A stretch of DNA of 55,287 nucleotides from contig JBKJOZ010000377.1 in NCBI GenBank assembly GCA_046595315.1, forward strand, positions 1-55,287. The letters are read 5' to 3'. The position numbers and the translations under genes are program-made. Below the pieces are notes generated by a model. It saw only the letters and a list, made by a program, of their open reading frames with translations. It was not told the origin of the DNA and ran no database searches. The stretch comes from Limisphaerales bacterium (lineage in GTDB: Bacteria; Verrucomicrobiota; Verrucomicrobiia; Limisphaerales; CANJXF01). Positions 17,921 through 27,283 of this stretch are shown in pieces. The first letter of the stretch is position 1; every line of letters begins with the position of its first letter.

Positions 17921-19374
17921 TGAACCGCGACTGGAGGTTGCGTTCCGATCATTTGTGTTTTCGAAAGCACCGTTGTGTCGAAAAGGTCTTTCGTTTTCTT
18001 TTCACAAACGCCCCCCCGTAAAATAATCCGCACGGTATCCAGAAGGATAAACACATCCAAAAACAATTTCATGTTTTTGGTGTAATAAAGATCGTATTCG
18101 AGCTTGCGCCGCGCATCTTCGACCGTAGCGCCATAAGGATAATGGACTTGTGCCCAGCCAGTAATGCCAGGCTGTACCATTAATCGCTCTTGAAAATAAG
18201 GGATTTTTTGCGCCAGTTCCTTCACAAACTCCGGTCTCTCTGGGCGCGGGCCAACAAACGACATTTCACCGCGTAGGACATTGATAAGTTGCGGAATCTC
18301 ATCAACTCGATATTTGCGGAGAAAATTTCCGATTGGAGTCACGCGTGAATCATGTTTTTGCGCCCAAACCGCTCCCTCTTTCTCGGCATCAATGCGCATG
18401 GTCCGCAATTTGATGACTTCAAATAATTTACCAAAACGTCCGCATCGAGTCTGACGATAAAAAACGGGCCCTGACGAAGTCGCCTTCACCGCTAGCATGC
18501 CTAAAAGCATGATGGGGCCGAGAAACAACAGTCCCACAAGGGAAGTCGCGATATCAAATCCACGTTTTAATTTCTTGATGTAGAGCATGTGCGGCAGTCC
18601 ACTCGCATTGAGAAGCCACTCCGGCGAGATTAATTCGAGCGGCACCAACTGGTGCACTTCCTCAAACAAGCTGACGAGCGGCATTACCGTAACACCGGAA
18701 TACCGCAACTCACAAAACTGCCGACACATCGCGGGGTCGAGAATACTTTTATTTGTGCACAAGATGCGGCTGATTCTCTCCCTTTGAACGATTTCGAATA
18801 AACTGTTAACTCGACCCAAGACTTTCATGGTGCCGAGTGGCTCGTAAGAGTCGTAACGAACCAGTCCCGCCAGTTCTAAATTTTGTTTCCCGAAAGTTTG
18901 GAAAAGGCGAGCCTCCATTTCATCGAAGGAACAACTGACAATAAAGGCTACCCGTTCTCGATAATTATGAAGCAAATGCAGCAACACTGCGTGGTGGATG
19001 AGAATCAAGACGTAGGCAACAGGAAAACTCCGCAACATCACACCGCGTCCAATCGCCATTGTTTTGATGATGTAGAACAAGCCAAACATGATGGCAAAGG
19101 CTCCGGCGATGCAAAAAATAATAATTAAAGAACGTTTAAAAAGTCCTTCATTGGCACTTTGCGGAGAGTAAAGGCCAAATATATAAATTGCGCTGGGGAC
19201 AAAGAATGCACCTAATAAAATTCCCGGCCAGTAAGATGAAAATTTTTGGCCAACTTCGTCTGGAAGACGCCAATAGGTTGCAATCAGAAAGGCCGCGCAA
19301 AAAATAATGACATCCATTGCGAAATGCAGCGAGACGTGGAGCCAATGCTGTTTTAAAATTCCGTTGGTATTCAT
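17917..19374 (-). CDS. Exopolysaccharide polyprenyl-phosphate glycosyl-1-phosphate transferase (large WbaP/EpsB-type initiating enzyme)
   Basis: 485 aa from ATG 19374; the upstream 83-codon extension of the ORF is not protein-like. It has N-terminal TM segments and the C-terminal sugar-transferase domain KRGFDIATSLVGLLFLGPIMLL, FEVIKLRTM, VDEIPQLINVLRGEMSFVGPRP and QPGITGWAQV. Confidence 0.9.
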   Translation of the reverse strand: MNTNGILKQHWLHVSLHFAMDVIIFCAAFLIATYWRLPDEVGQKFSSYWPGILLGAFFVPSAIYIFGLYSPQSANEGLFKRSLIIIFCIAGAFAIMFGLFYIIKTMAIGRGVMLRSFPVAYVLILIHHAVLLHLLHNYRERVAFIVSCSFDEMEARLFQTFGKQNLELAGLVRYDSYEPLGTMKVLGRVNSLFEIVQRERISRILCTNKSILDPAMCRQFCELRYSGVTVMPLVSLFEEVHQLVPLELISPEWLLNASGLPHMLYIKKLKRGFDIATSLVGLLFLGPIMLLGMLAVKATSSGPVFYRQTRCGRFGKLFEVIKLRTMRIDAEKEGAVWAQKHDSRVTPIGNFLRKYRVDEIPQLINVLRGEMSFVGPRPERPEFVKELAQKIPYFQERLMVQPGITGWAQVHYPYGATVEDARRKLEYDLYYTKNMKLFLDVFILLDTVRIILRGGVCEKKTKDLFDTTVLSKTQMIGTQPPVAVH

Positions 19375-19480
19375 GTACAAACTACCTGTCCAATGAGAAA
19401 AATCTGATAGGAGATAGTATTTAAGACTATAACCAATTGAGAATTTGGAGCAACATTTTTGTGAGCGGAACCCGATGACC

Positions 19481-19981
19481 TCACCGGCTGTAGGGGGCGC
19501 GCCGGACCCTGAGATCGTGCCGCGGCAAGGCAATCGAGCGACCGGATAAGGAACGCAGTCTTGACTCCCATTTTTTTTGAGTCTGGGGGGCGGGGGTAAA
19601 TTTCTTTTCCAACCTCGTATCACGGACTGTCAATGGCTGGCTTTGTCCGTGGCAATTGTTCTCAAAGGAGGGCTTCTCGAAGACGGCTTTTTCAAAAACA
19701 GGCTTTTCCATGCTGTCGTTTCTTCCAATTTCTGGCGTGTCAAATTGTGGTTGTACGAAAACCGGGCGAATCCATAAGGACGTTTCTCGTTTTAATAAAT
19801 TGCGCTCCCAATAAAAAGATGGACTCAAAATCACCGGTTTTTCACGGCAAAGGTCATTAGGCATTGTCCGCGATTTGGGACTATCGGCTGCAGTCACATT
19901 CAAGAGCGCGAGCAATAAAAATAAAAGAATCAACCTCACCGTGGATGTGTTAACACACCGGACTTTTTTTAGCAATTTCAT
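19481..19981 (-). CDS. Small hypothetical secreted protein with (EKxxF)x3 pentapeptide repeat
   Basis: 166 aa from ATG 19981, which overlaps the stop of the upstream GT4 gene (ATGA). It has a signal-like N-terminus (VRLILLFLLLALLNVTAA) and imperfect 15-nt tandem repeats at 19661-19708 encoding EKPVFEKAVFEKPSFE. No family was recognised. Confidence 0.35.
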   Translation of the reverse strand: MKLLKKVRCVNTSTVRLILLFLLLALLNVTAADSPKSRTMPNDLCREKPVILSPSFYWERNLLKRETSLWIRPVFVQPQFDTPEIGRNDSMEKPVFEKAVFEKPSFENNCHGQSQPLTVRDTRLEKKFTPAPQTQKKWESRLRSLSGRSIALPRHDLRVRRAPYSR

Positions 19982-21153
19982 ATCCTTTTCTGGATGGCGG
20001 ATTGAAGAATTTTGAAATATTTCTGCGCGGTGTTTTCCCAAGAAAATTTCGTGGCGTGAAAACGAATTTGTTCGGGCGTTGCAATATGTGAAATCACTTT
20101 ATTCATCGCGTTTGCCATTGTGGACGGGTTGGCCTGTCCAACCAAGTTGCCCAAAAATTCCTCGGATAAAACTTCAGGTATTCCACCGACTTCACGGGCA
20201 ATCACGCGCAGGCCTGAAGCAAATGCCTCCAAGATGACATTGGGGACACCTTCATTGTCGCTCGGCACGCAAAGCAAATCTGCGGCCTGCATATAGCGGG
20301 CAACTTCGCTCGATGGTTTCCCCCCCAATAAAAAAACAAATTCGCCGGTCCCAAGAACCTCCGCTCGATCTCTGATGGCATTTCGCAATGGTCCCATCCC
20401 GATCATGACCAGCGAAACATTTTTATCCACATGCCTCCGGCAAAACTCCGCATGTGCCTCAATAAGAAGCAACGGATTTTTAATGGGTAACAAATTTCCA
20501 ACAAAAAGAAAAATCAAAGCCTCTTGCGGAAGTTTCAGTTCTCTTCTGGCTGCGCCCTTGTCGGCTACTCTAAAAACGTCCAGATCGACACCGTTGTAAA
20601 TTGTGTGAATTTTGCTCTCGGCAATTCCCGCCTCGACCAACTGCCTGCCCAACTCGCAACTGCGCGCAACAATTGCTGAAGCGCGACTTAATGAAACTTC
20701 AATAATTTTTCGTCGTGCCGGAATTTTTAAATATTGATGCACATCACTTCCTTGAGCGATGGCGACAAATGGAAAATTATTGCGCCGGGCCAACTCCGCG
20801 GTGGCACAAGCGTCAGGATAAATCCACGAGCTCAGCACCACATCGAATGCGAATTTTTCGCGAATTTTTCGGAGCGCTGGCTCGATGGAACGGGCCATGA
20901 GTAAATGGTTTAATCGGCTACCAATTTTCGGGATGTAGGCAGAAGGCGGATAAACTGGAGAAAATATTTTTTCCTGCGGCCGACACTCTCGCGCTTTCGG
21001 CAGCCACAATGGCGGAACGCCTCGAGTGGCGCGGGGGGAAAGGACACGAATTTCGCAAAGTTTTGACAAACGCTTCAACAATTGGGCGTTGTAACTGCCG
21101 CGATTTTGCTCGGTCGCATCCGGAAACAAATTGGAAAGAAAAAGCACTTTCAT
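19978..21153 (-). CDS. Glycosyltransferase family 4
   Basis: 391 aa with N-terminus MKVLFLSNLFPDATEQNRGSYN. The C-terminal GT-B motif reads LLCVPSDNEGVPNVILEAFASGLRVIAREVGGIPEV. Confidence 0.85.
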   Translation of the reverse strand: MKVLFLSNLFPDATEQNRGSYNAQLLKRLSKLCEIRVLSPRATRGVPPLWLPKARECRPQEKIFSPVYPPSAYIPKIGSRLNHLLMARSIEPALRKIREKFAFDVVLSSWIYPDACATAELARRNNFPFVAIAQGSDVHQYLKIPARRKIIEVSLSRASAIVARSCELGRQLVEAGIAESKIHTIYNGVDLDVFRVADKGAARRELKLPQEALIFLFVGNLLPIKNPLLLIEAHAEFCRRHVDKNVSLVMIGMGPLRNAIRDRAEVLGTGEFVFLLGGKPSSEVARYMQAADLLCVPSDNEGVPNVILEAFASGLRVIAREVGGIPEVLSEEFLGNLVGQANPSTMANAMNKVISHIATPEQIRFHATKFSWENTAQKYFKILQSAIQKRI

Positions 21154-21166
21154 CGAGCGTAATTCA

Positions 21167-22144
21167 TCAAGCTTCCCTGTCCGATTTTCCTCTCAAAATT
21201 TCGATCGTGAAACGAGCCAAACCGCGCAGTCGAAAAAAGGCGGGCTCATTTAGTTCTCCTGTTTTGAGAAAAAGCGGCCAAGTTAAAATGGAAAGCGCCA
21301 TTTCCCGCAGCGCCTTGAATCGGCGGCCTTCTCCTTGATACATCCAAGCAGTTTGAAAATAGGCAAATGACAAAACCCGCAGCCAAAAAACAAAATCTAG
21401 TTTTGAGACCAGGCCATTGCGGTAGGCTTTTTGGAAAACTTTTCGGGCATTCAACTTCATGCGATCCGCGTGTGTGCTCATGCTGACGGGATGCAATCGA
21501 ATCAACATGAGTCGATCCGGATTGAGCATTACGCGATGCCGGGACGCAATTCGGATCCACATGTCACGGTCCTCCGAACTACGCAAATTTACGTCAAAAT
21601 ATCCACATTCGATCAAAGCGGAACGTCGCGCCACAACCGATGACGGCGAGAATCGCGTTTTCAATAAAATATCGCGGCAGGTAATTTCCTGCGGCAAATC
21701 CGGGGTCAATTTTTTAAGAAGGAGCGGAGCGCCTTGGGCATCGATGTGATTGGAGCGACAGGCCACAATCCCAAATTCTTTTGGGAGTTGCGCAAAACTT
21801 TCCATGGCACGGCTCAGCATATTTGGAAGCCATTCATCATCGGCATCCAGAAAGCCGACGTAATCGAATTTAGCTTCGCGAATCCCAGTGTTCCGCGCTG
21901 CCGGCAAACCGGCATTTTTTTGGTAAATGTAACGAATTTTGTTTGTCGTTTCGGAAAGCGTCGCGACCAATTCAGCGGTTTTATCGGTGGAGCCATCATC
22001 CACCACCACAATTTCCAACAATGGATAATCCTGATTCAGCGCCGAATCGATCGCTTGCTTCAAGAATCGTTCGTAATTGTAAGCGGGAATTACGACCGAA
22101 ACTCCGGGAACTGACGATGGTTTTGTAGGGATCATGATGGACAA
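21167..22144 (-). CDS. Glycosyltransferase family 2 (GT-A)
   Basis: 325 aa with VSVVIPAYNYERFLKQAIDSALNQDYPLLEIVVVDDGSTDKT and the DxD region FLDADDEW. Confidence 0.9.
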   Translation of the reverse strand: MSIMIPTKPSSVPGVSVVIPAYNYERFLKQAIDSALNQDYPLLEIVVVDDGSTDKTAELVATLSETTNKIRYIYQKNAGLPAARNTGIREAKFDYVGFLDADDEWLPNMLSRAMESFAQLPKEFGIVACRSNHIDAQGAPLLLKKLTPDLPQEITCRDILLKTRFSPSSVVARRSALIECGYFDVNLRSSEDRDMWIRIASRHRVMLNPDRLMLIRLHPVSMSTHADRMKLNARKVFQKAYRNGLVSKLDFVFWLRVLSFAYFQTAWMYQGEGRRFKALREMALSILTWPLFLKTGELNEPAFFRLRGLARFTIEILRGKSDREA

Positions 22145-23217
22145 TTTATTTTGCTCACGTATCGGTAATCGCGAAATTTTCCGGCATCTCCGGAATTTCC
22201 ATCTTCTGCTGCATGAATGACATTAACCATCTCCCGCGCCGTCACGAAATGAACGCGATAATCGTTGTCCCGATTATACTCGCCGAGAAGATGTTCGTAA
22301 AAATGCCGCATCGAATCACCCAAAAGCGTTTTCATATTCTGCGGGATTCCTCCATGCGTATGAAGTTTGATAAAAATCCAATTCGGCTTTCCTTGAACCT
22401 GAATTCCTGAATCACGCCAGATTTTCATTCGGTCGGGTCGCGGAGGGTTTGACCCGGTAATTTCTGCATTTTCAATCTTTGGCAGCAGCCCAAATTTTCG
22501 CCGGGACCAGTTCAAGCCGAGCGGCCCTTGCACGAGAAGAAGGGAATTTTCCGGGGCGCGACTGGCCGCAGTTGCCAGCGTTCCCGTGTCGTGCGATTTC
22601 GGTTTCGGCGTATCTACCGCGTAATAAATGCTGTTGATGATGCGCGTTTGTGAAGGATCAGGCGCTGATGGCATCGTGAAATCTGCATAACATCCCGTGT
22701 CTTTTAAAATCCCGAGTTCATTGGATACACCGCAAAAACGACCCTCCGGATGCGAATTATCCAGCGCCCAATTTCCATGGATAAATCCGTAACGAACCTC
22801 ACCCGTTTTGGTTCGCGACAACAGATTGTGTCGTACCAAATCCTCTTTGCCCTGCTCCAATTTTTTGCGCAACGCGTCCGCGGTGTCGTTGTCGTGATGC
22901 AAATGCAATTCGACTTCGCCGCCGCACAACGCGCATAGCTCAGCCAGCTCACCTACGATGTCTTTGTCGTATTGCTCGATTGGATAAAAAAAAGTGTGGC
23001 GCGGCCGGCAATTATCCGCATCACGAAAGGGTTCGATTAATTTTGGATATTCATTTTTCCACCTCTGAATTCTCTCCAACGCAATGCTCTTATCGGCGTG
23101 ATGGAGCGGCTCAAAATGATCACAAATGCAAAACAAAATATCGACGACGCCATCCGGTGCGGGCGGGCGACGACGACGGATGTAGGCGGGCAGCCATAAA
23201 TCCAAAGCTTTGATCAT
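22132..23217 (-). CDS. Hypothetical protein, possibly a metal-dependent polysaccharide deacetylase/hydrolase-like fold
   Basis: 361 aa, soluble. It has His/Asp-rich blocks: ILFCICDHFEP, GEVELHLHHDNDT, GFIHGNWALDN and FIKLHTHG. It overlaps the downstream GT2 gene by 13 nt. The assignment is tentative. Confidence 0.4.
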   Translation of the reverse strand: MIKALDLWLPAYIRRRRPPAPDGVVDILFCICDHFEPLHHADKSIALERIQRWKNEYPKLIEPFRDADNCRPRHTFFYPIEQYDKDIVGELAELCALCGGEVELHLHHDNDTADALRKKLEQGKEDLVRHNLLSRTKTGEVRYGFIHGNWALDNSHPEGRFCGVSNELGILKDTGCYADFTMPSAPDPSQTRIINSIYYAVDTPKPKSHDTGTLATAASRAPENSLLLVQGPLGLNWSRRKFGLLPKIENAEITGSNPPRPDRMKIWRDSGIQVQGKPNWIFIKLHTHGGIPQNMKTLLGDSMRHFYEHLLGEYNRDNDYRVHFVTAREMVNVIHAAEDGNSGDAGKFRDYRYVSKINCPS

Positions 23218-23288
23218 GCGTGAAAGTTATTAAAAAATTGTTTCAAAGGAAATATTCGTTCGGCCAATGGAAAAAATGATGAGATCGC

Positions 23289-24452
23289 TCATGAGTTTTT
23301 TTCTTTTGTGACTGGCCATTTTCCTTGCTCATAGGAACCGCGCCAATAGTGCCAAGCGCCGCTCACGGTCATTCGATTGAGAAAAACGAAACCTGCGGGA
23401 ATTGAAAGCGCGGCATTTCTCGCCGACGAAAACAATAGACCGATGATCGCCAGGAAATAAAAAAAACATTGGCCAATGAAAACGAGTTGATACCAAAACA
23501 AGCCGAGCAACAGCGCATTGGTGAAAAAAAGTGCTAGCAAAAAAACAGGCGACGCCAGCCGTAAGTATTTGTGTGAGATCAATTGCCACCAAAGACGATT
23601 TCGCCATGGCAATAGCCAGCTTGGATAACGAAATAGCATTTGAAAATTTCCTGCCAGCGTGCGCTGTTTCCGAATTTTTTCCCGCGCAGGTTCGAGCGAT
23701 TGCGGGTCAAAAGCCAGCGCCATTGGATCAAAAAGCACGCGATGATTTTGCAAGGCCACCTGCATCGGAATGATCACATCATCGAGTAGCGTGTCCATCG
23801 GCAGATTTTGAAACAGGCCACGGCGAATGGCATAAACCGCGCCGGTGCAACCGATGGACGAATCAAAAAGCGATTCGGAAAATCTCAGAAATTTTTCAAA
23901 TCGCCAATAGGCATCGACTCCACCGCCGACGCTGCTGGCCGCTGACTCGATCATCAACGCCCCACTCACCGCGCCCACTTTTGGATCCTGAAAATGTTCG
24001 GCCAGTTTTGCGATGGTGTTGGGAGCAAAACGTTGGCGGGTATCGGCGAAAACCAGCAAATCGCCGGTCGCCGCAACCGCTGCGGTGTTGAGGCACTGCG
24101 CTTTGCCGGAACGTTGCGGTTGAACAACGAGTTGGATGCGGGAATCGCCAAAGTTTTTGATTATTTCTACTGTTGAATCAGTCGATGCATCGGACACTAC
24201 GACGACGTTTATTTTGTCTTGGGGATATTCTGAGGCGAAGAGATTCTGCAAACGCGCGGCGATGCGTTGTTCTTCATTGTAAGCCGCAAGAACGACCGTC
24301 AGGGTCGGGAGCGTTTGGGAAACTTGGGTGCCCCGTTTTTTTGGCAAAAAACGGCCTAGAAAAAAAATCAGGCAGGGATAGCCGACAAACGTGTAGGCCA
24401 ACACAACGAAGCTGAGCCAAAACAAAAACTGGCAAAAAATTTCTCGGGTCAT
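23289..24452 (-). CDS. Membrane-embedded glycosyltransferase family 2 (N-terminal and C-terminal TM segments)
   Basis: 387 aa with LTVVLAAYNEEQRIAARLQNL, VVVVSDASTDST and LVFADTRQ. It has two N-terminal and about three C-terminal hydrophobic segments. The 'QxxRW' position reads KQRTLAG, so the processivity motif is not intact. Confidence 0.8.
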   Translation of the reverse strand: MTREIFCQFLFWLSFVVLAYTFVGYPCLIFFLGRFLPKKRGTQVSQTLPTLTVVLAAYNEEQRIAARLQNLFASEYPQDKINVVVVSDASTDSTVEIIKNFGDSRIQLVVQPQRSGKAQCLNTAAVAATGDLLVFADTRQRFAPNTIAKLAEHFQDPKVGAVSGALMIESAASSVGGGVDAYWRFEKFLRFSESLFDSSIGCTGAVYAIRRGLFQNLPMDTLLDDVIIPMQVALQNHRVLFDPMALAFDPQSLEPAREKIRKQRTLAGNFQMLFRYPSWLLPWRNRLWWQLISHKYLRLASPVFLLALFFTNALLLGLFWYQLVFIGQCFFYFLAIIGLLFSSARNAALSIPAGFVFLNRMTVSGAWHYWRGSYEQGKWPVTKEKNS

Positions 24453-24486
24453 CAGTTGTTTGCCGCGCCGTTCATTCGAGCGTCAA

Positions 24487-25929
24487 TTAGATGTGGTGCA
24501 TGACTATTTGCCAAAATTTTACCGTCAGGACGGTTAAAACGATCATGGCGACGATATCAATCCAACCCAAACGATTCCAGCGCATGCTGGCTCCTGTCGC
24601 GATGGCAGCGATTTCCGGAGTGAGAGCGGTAGGTTTTACCGGGTCAGGCATAGAAATATTTTCGGATGAACTGCTCGCGGGCGGAGCTTGATCTAAACCG
24701 GTGATCGTGACGGAAGGTGTTTTTATGATTTTCGCTTTGCTGGTTTCCTGTTCCTCAATGGGTCGGGCGCTGGCCAACAATATCCGGTGAAATGCAGCGA
24801 TGCAGGCGACCATCAAGAAGAAGGTGGCGCGATACGACCAACCCACCATCCAGGATGAAACGAGAAATGAAATGAGCAGGACGAACAGGATGCGCCGGAC
24901 GCGTTCCTGCGGGACATCCACCGTTTTGGCGGTCAGCAACGTCCGCACACAGCAATATAAAATGCCTAAAAAAAGAGTCAGGCCGACGTAACCAAGTTCT
25001 GCTCCGACTTGCACGTAAGAGCTGTGCGGAGCTTTTGGGTAATGATTTCTCGACTCGAAACTGCGAACGAAATTTCCATACCCAACGCCTGTGTTTTTTG
25101 TTTTTAAGGTATCCAACCCAAATTGAAATGCGGCCAGACGTCCTTGGATGCCGCCTTCACCTTTGGCGTTTTCCATGTCTTGCATTCGCGGCAACATCTG
25201 GAGCGCTCCCCAGCCTGCGGTAAACGCCAGAAGAAAAATCAAGATTTGCACCGTTTTGGGGCGCCGGAAAACCAACGCGGTGACGACTGTGGCAAAACCC
25301 GAAATGAAGGCACCTTTTGATCCCGTCAGGTAAATGCACCAAAGGGGCAAGAGGAGCAGAAAAATCGTGGCTGTTTTCAAAAAAACCGGACGATTCCAGA
25401 AGCAGATGAAATAGAGCATTACGACGGAGGGAATTATGCTGTGGCCGAGCGCGTTTGGATTATTGAAGATCGAGGTGTTAAGGACGAGCCGACCTTGCAT
25501 GCGGCCATGCGTTAGATCATGTCCGCTATTGACTGGATCAAAGCCGTATTCACTGGCGACGGCTAACGCCGCGATGGCAAGGATGAAGATCGTCCACCAA
25601 TTTAAATAGGACTGGATGCGTTCAATTCGGGAAAGCGCCTGGACCGTCACGAGATAAAAAAGCAGGTGACTATAAACATTTGAAAATGTTCCCCTGACAT
25701 CGGGGGCGGTGCCCACCAGCCAGAAAAAATAAACCAGCATCATCCAATCGTGCGGGGTGCGGAAGAGATTGCCTAAAAACGAACCTTCGCGCCGGTACTT
25801 CATCACCATGGAGGCAATGGCCACCACCATCACCAGTTTTACCGGTTGGATCACAGCAACCCAACTCATCCATTCCTGTGGGCGGATATAATAAAGCCCT
25901 AGAAAAAATACGATCGAGGCAAAGTCCAT
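24487..25929 (-). CDS. O-antigen ligase/polymerase family membrane protein (Wzy_C-type)
   Basis: 480 aa with 10 or more TM segments. The characteristic loop is NHYPKAPHSSYVQVGAELGYVGLTLFLGILY. It has a C-terminal Pro/Ser-rich tail and a final TM. Confidence 0.8.
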   Translation of the reverse strand: MDFASIVFFLGLYYIRPQEWMSWVAVIQPVKLVMVVAIASMVMKYRREGSFLGNLFRTPHDWMMLVYFFWLVGTAPDVRGTFSNVYSHLLFYLVTVQALSRIERIQSYLNWWTIFILAIAALAVASEYGFDPVNSGHDLTHGRMQGRLVLNTSIFNNPNALGHSIIPSVVMLYFICFWNRPVFLKTATIFLLLLPLWCIYLTGSKGAFISGFATVVTALVFRRPKTVQILIFLLAFTAGWGALQMLPRMQDMENAKGEGGIQGRLAAFQFGLDTLKTKNTGVGYGNFVRSFESRNHYPKAPHSSYVQVGAELGYVGLTLFLGILYCCVRTLLTAKTVDVPQERVRRILFVLLISFLVSSWMVGWSYRATFFLMVACIAAFHRILLASARPIEEQETSKAKIIKTPSVTITGLDQAPPASSSSENISMPDPVKPTALTPEIAAIATGASMRWNRLGWIDIVAMIVLTVLTVKFWQIVMHHI

Positions 25930-25938
25930 TGCGGTTAT

Positions 25939-27072
25939 TCAGGTGACCGATTGCGTTCGATTAGCCAGTTGCCGATAAACTGCTTCGTACCTTTGCACCA
26001 TTGTGTGGATGGAAAAATTTTCAACAACATGGTTCCTGGCCATTTCTCCCATTTTGCCCATGGCGCTGGTGTGACCAAGGATTTTTATTAGTTTATCGTA
26101 TATTTGGTCGGACGTGCGAAGGTCGGCCAGAAAGCTGTTTTTATCGGTTTGAATCATTTCGGAATTTCCACAAGCGTCGTGGGCTAACACAGGAATTCCG
26201 CAAGCCATCGCTTCCAAAACCACATTGGAAAGTCCTTCGTTAATGGAGGGAAGCACCAGTAAATCCATCGCTTGATAAAATCGTTGTGGCTCTTTTTGAA
26301 ATCCAGCGAGATGGATGCGGTTAGAGGCGGGGCTCGAGCGAATTTGCTGATGCACTTGTTCGCGAGACGAGCCGCCGTCGCCCACGATCAATAATTGCGC
26401 GGTGGGCATTTTCATCACTAAACGTAAAAACGCTTCAATCAAAACAGAATGCCGTTTATCTCGATCGAAGCGGCCCACGACGCCAATCACGGGGCCTTCG
26501 GCCATCAGGCTGATTTTTTCGCGCGCTGCAACTTTACATGGAGCCGGAAAAAAGCGTTCTGTATCCACGCCATTCAAAAGCACGACCACTTTTTTTACAT
26601 CCAATCCCAGAACAGTCAGGCGCTCACGCAAACCCGTGGACACTGTGTGCACCATGCGGCAGCAACGGTAAAACCAGCGGCGCTGCCGCAAGTAGCGCGG
26701 AGTGCATTGCTCATAAGGCAGGCCATGTTCGCCATGCAAAATGCAGCGAGTCGTCCCGAAACATGTGGCCAGACTGCTGTAAATTAATGGGCCGAGATTG
26801 TGGGTGTGAATGATGTCGGGAGAAATGCGGGAAATGTCACGGGCCAGATGCCGGACTGTTTTCCATGAAAAACCCGACGGCTTATGTAAAATCGAGACTC
26901 GCGCCGGATGGGGAAGCCGTTCGACAAAACTGCCGCCGCGTTCCAAACAGGAAACGTGGACTTCAAATTCATTTTGATTGATGCCGCGGGCCACGTTGAC
27001 CAGCCCATTTTCCATTCCTCCGGGCTCAAGGGAAAAAACAACGTGTAAAATTTTGATGGGCGCTTTGGCCAT
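25939..27072 (-). CDS. Glycosyltransferase family 4, resembling the PEP-CTERM/EpsH1-system-associated 'stp2' type (TIGR03088, from memory)
   Basis: 377 aa with N-terminus IKILHVVFSLEPGGMENGLVNVARGIN. The C-terminal motif reads LLVLPSINEGLSNVVLEAMACGIPVLAHDACGNSEMI. Confidence 0.85.
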   Translation of the reverse strand: MAKAPIKILHVVFSLEPGGMENGLVNVARGINQNEFEVHVSCLERGGSFVERLPHPARVSILHKPSGFSWKTVRHLARDISRISPDIIHTHNLGPLIYSSLATCFGTTRCILHGEHGLPYEQCTPRYLRQRRWFYRCCRMVHTVSTGLRERLTVLGLDVKKVVVLLNGVDTERFFPAPCKVAAREKISLMAEGPVIGVVGRFDRDKRHSVLIEAFLRLVMKMPTAQLLIVGDGGSSREQVHQQIRSSPASNRIHLAGFQKEPQRFYQAMDLLVLPSINEGLSNVVLEAMACGIPVLAHDACGNSEMIQTDKNSFLADLRTSDQIYDKLIKILGHTSAMGKMGEMARNHVVENFSIHTMVQRYEAVYRQLANRTQSVT

Positions 27073-27283
27073 GGATAACTTTGTTGAATTGAATCAGATC
27101 GACCGTCTGTCCACAACTCTGCGCATCGGTTGCCTTTAAGTCGGGGTTTCCTTGAACAGAATGGTTGAAACTCGCCTAACAGAGAAACGTGCGCTTTCCC
27201 GATTCTAAGTCGCGCCTATTCCCTTTTTAATAGGGCATCGGCTTCATGTCTGGAGCTTTGGAAAGAAGTTTATCAAAAAATCT
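27073..27283. promoter_or_regulatory. Divergent intergenic region between the - strand glycan operon and the WD40/GH9 operon (promoters inferred from orientation)
   Basis: A 211-nt non-coding gap between divergent first genes. It contains a small hairpin (CCTATT-N8-AATAGG, around 27213-27240). No promoter consensus was assigned. Confidence 0.3.

Noticed and set aside
19375-19623. An 83-codon N-terminal extension of the large PGT ORF (track start 19623).
   Set aside because: The extension (MIRGWKRNLPPPPRLKK...) is not protein-like and would overlap the upstream small ORF. ATG 19374 gives a normal TM-rich WbaP/EpsB-type N-terminus.
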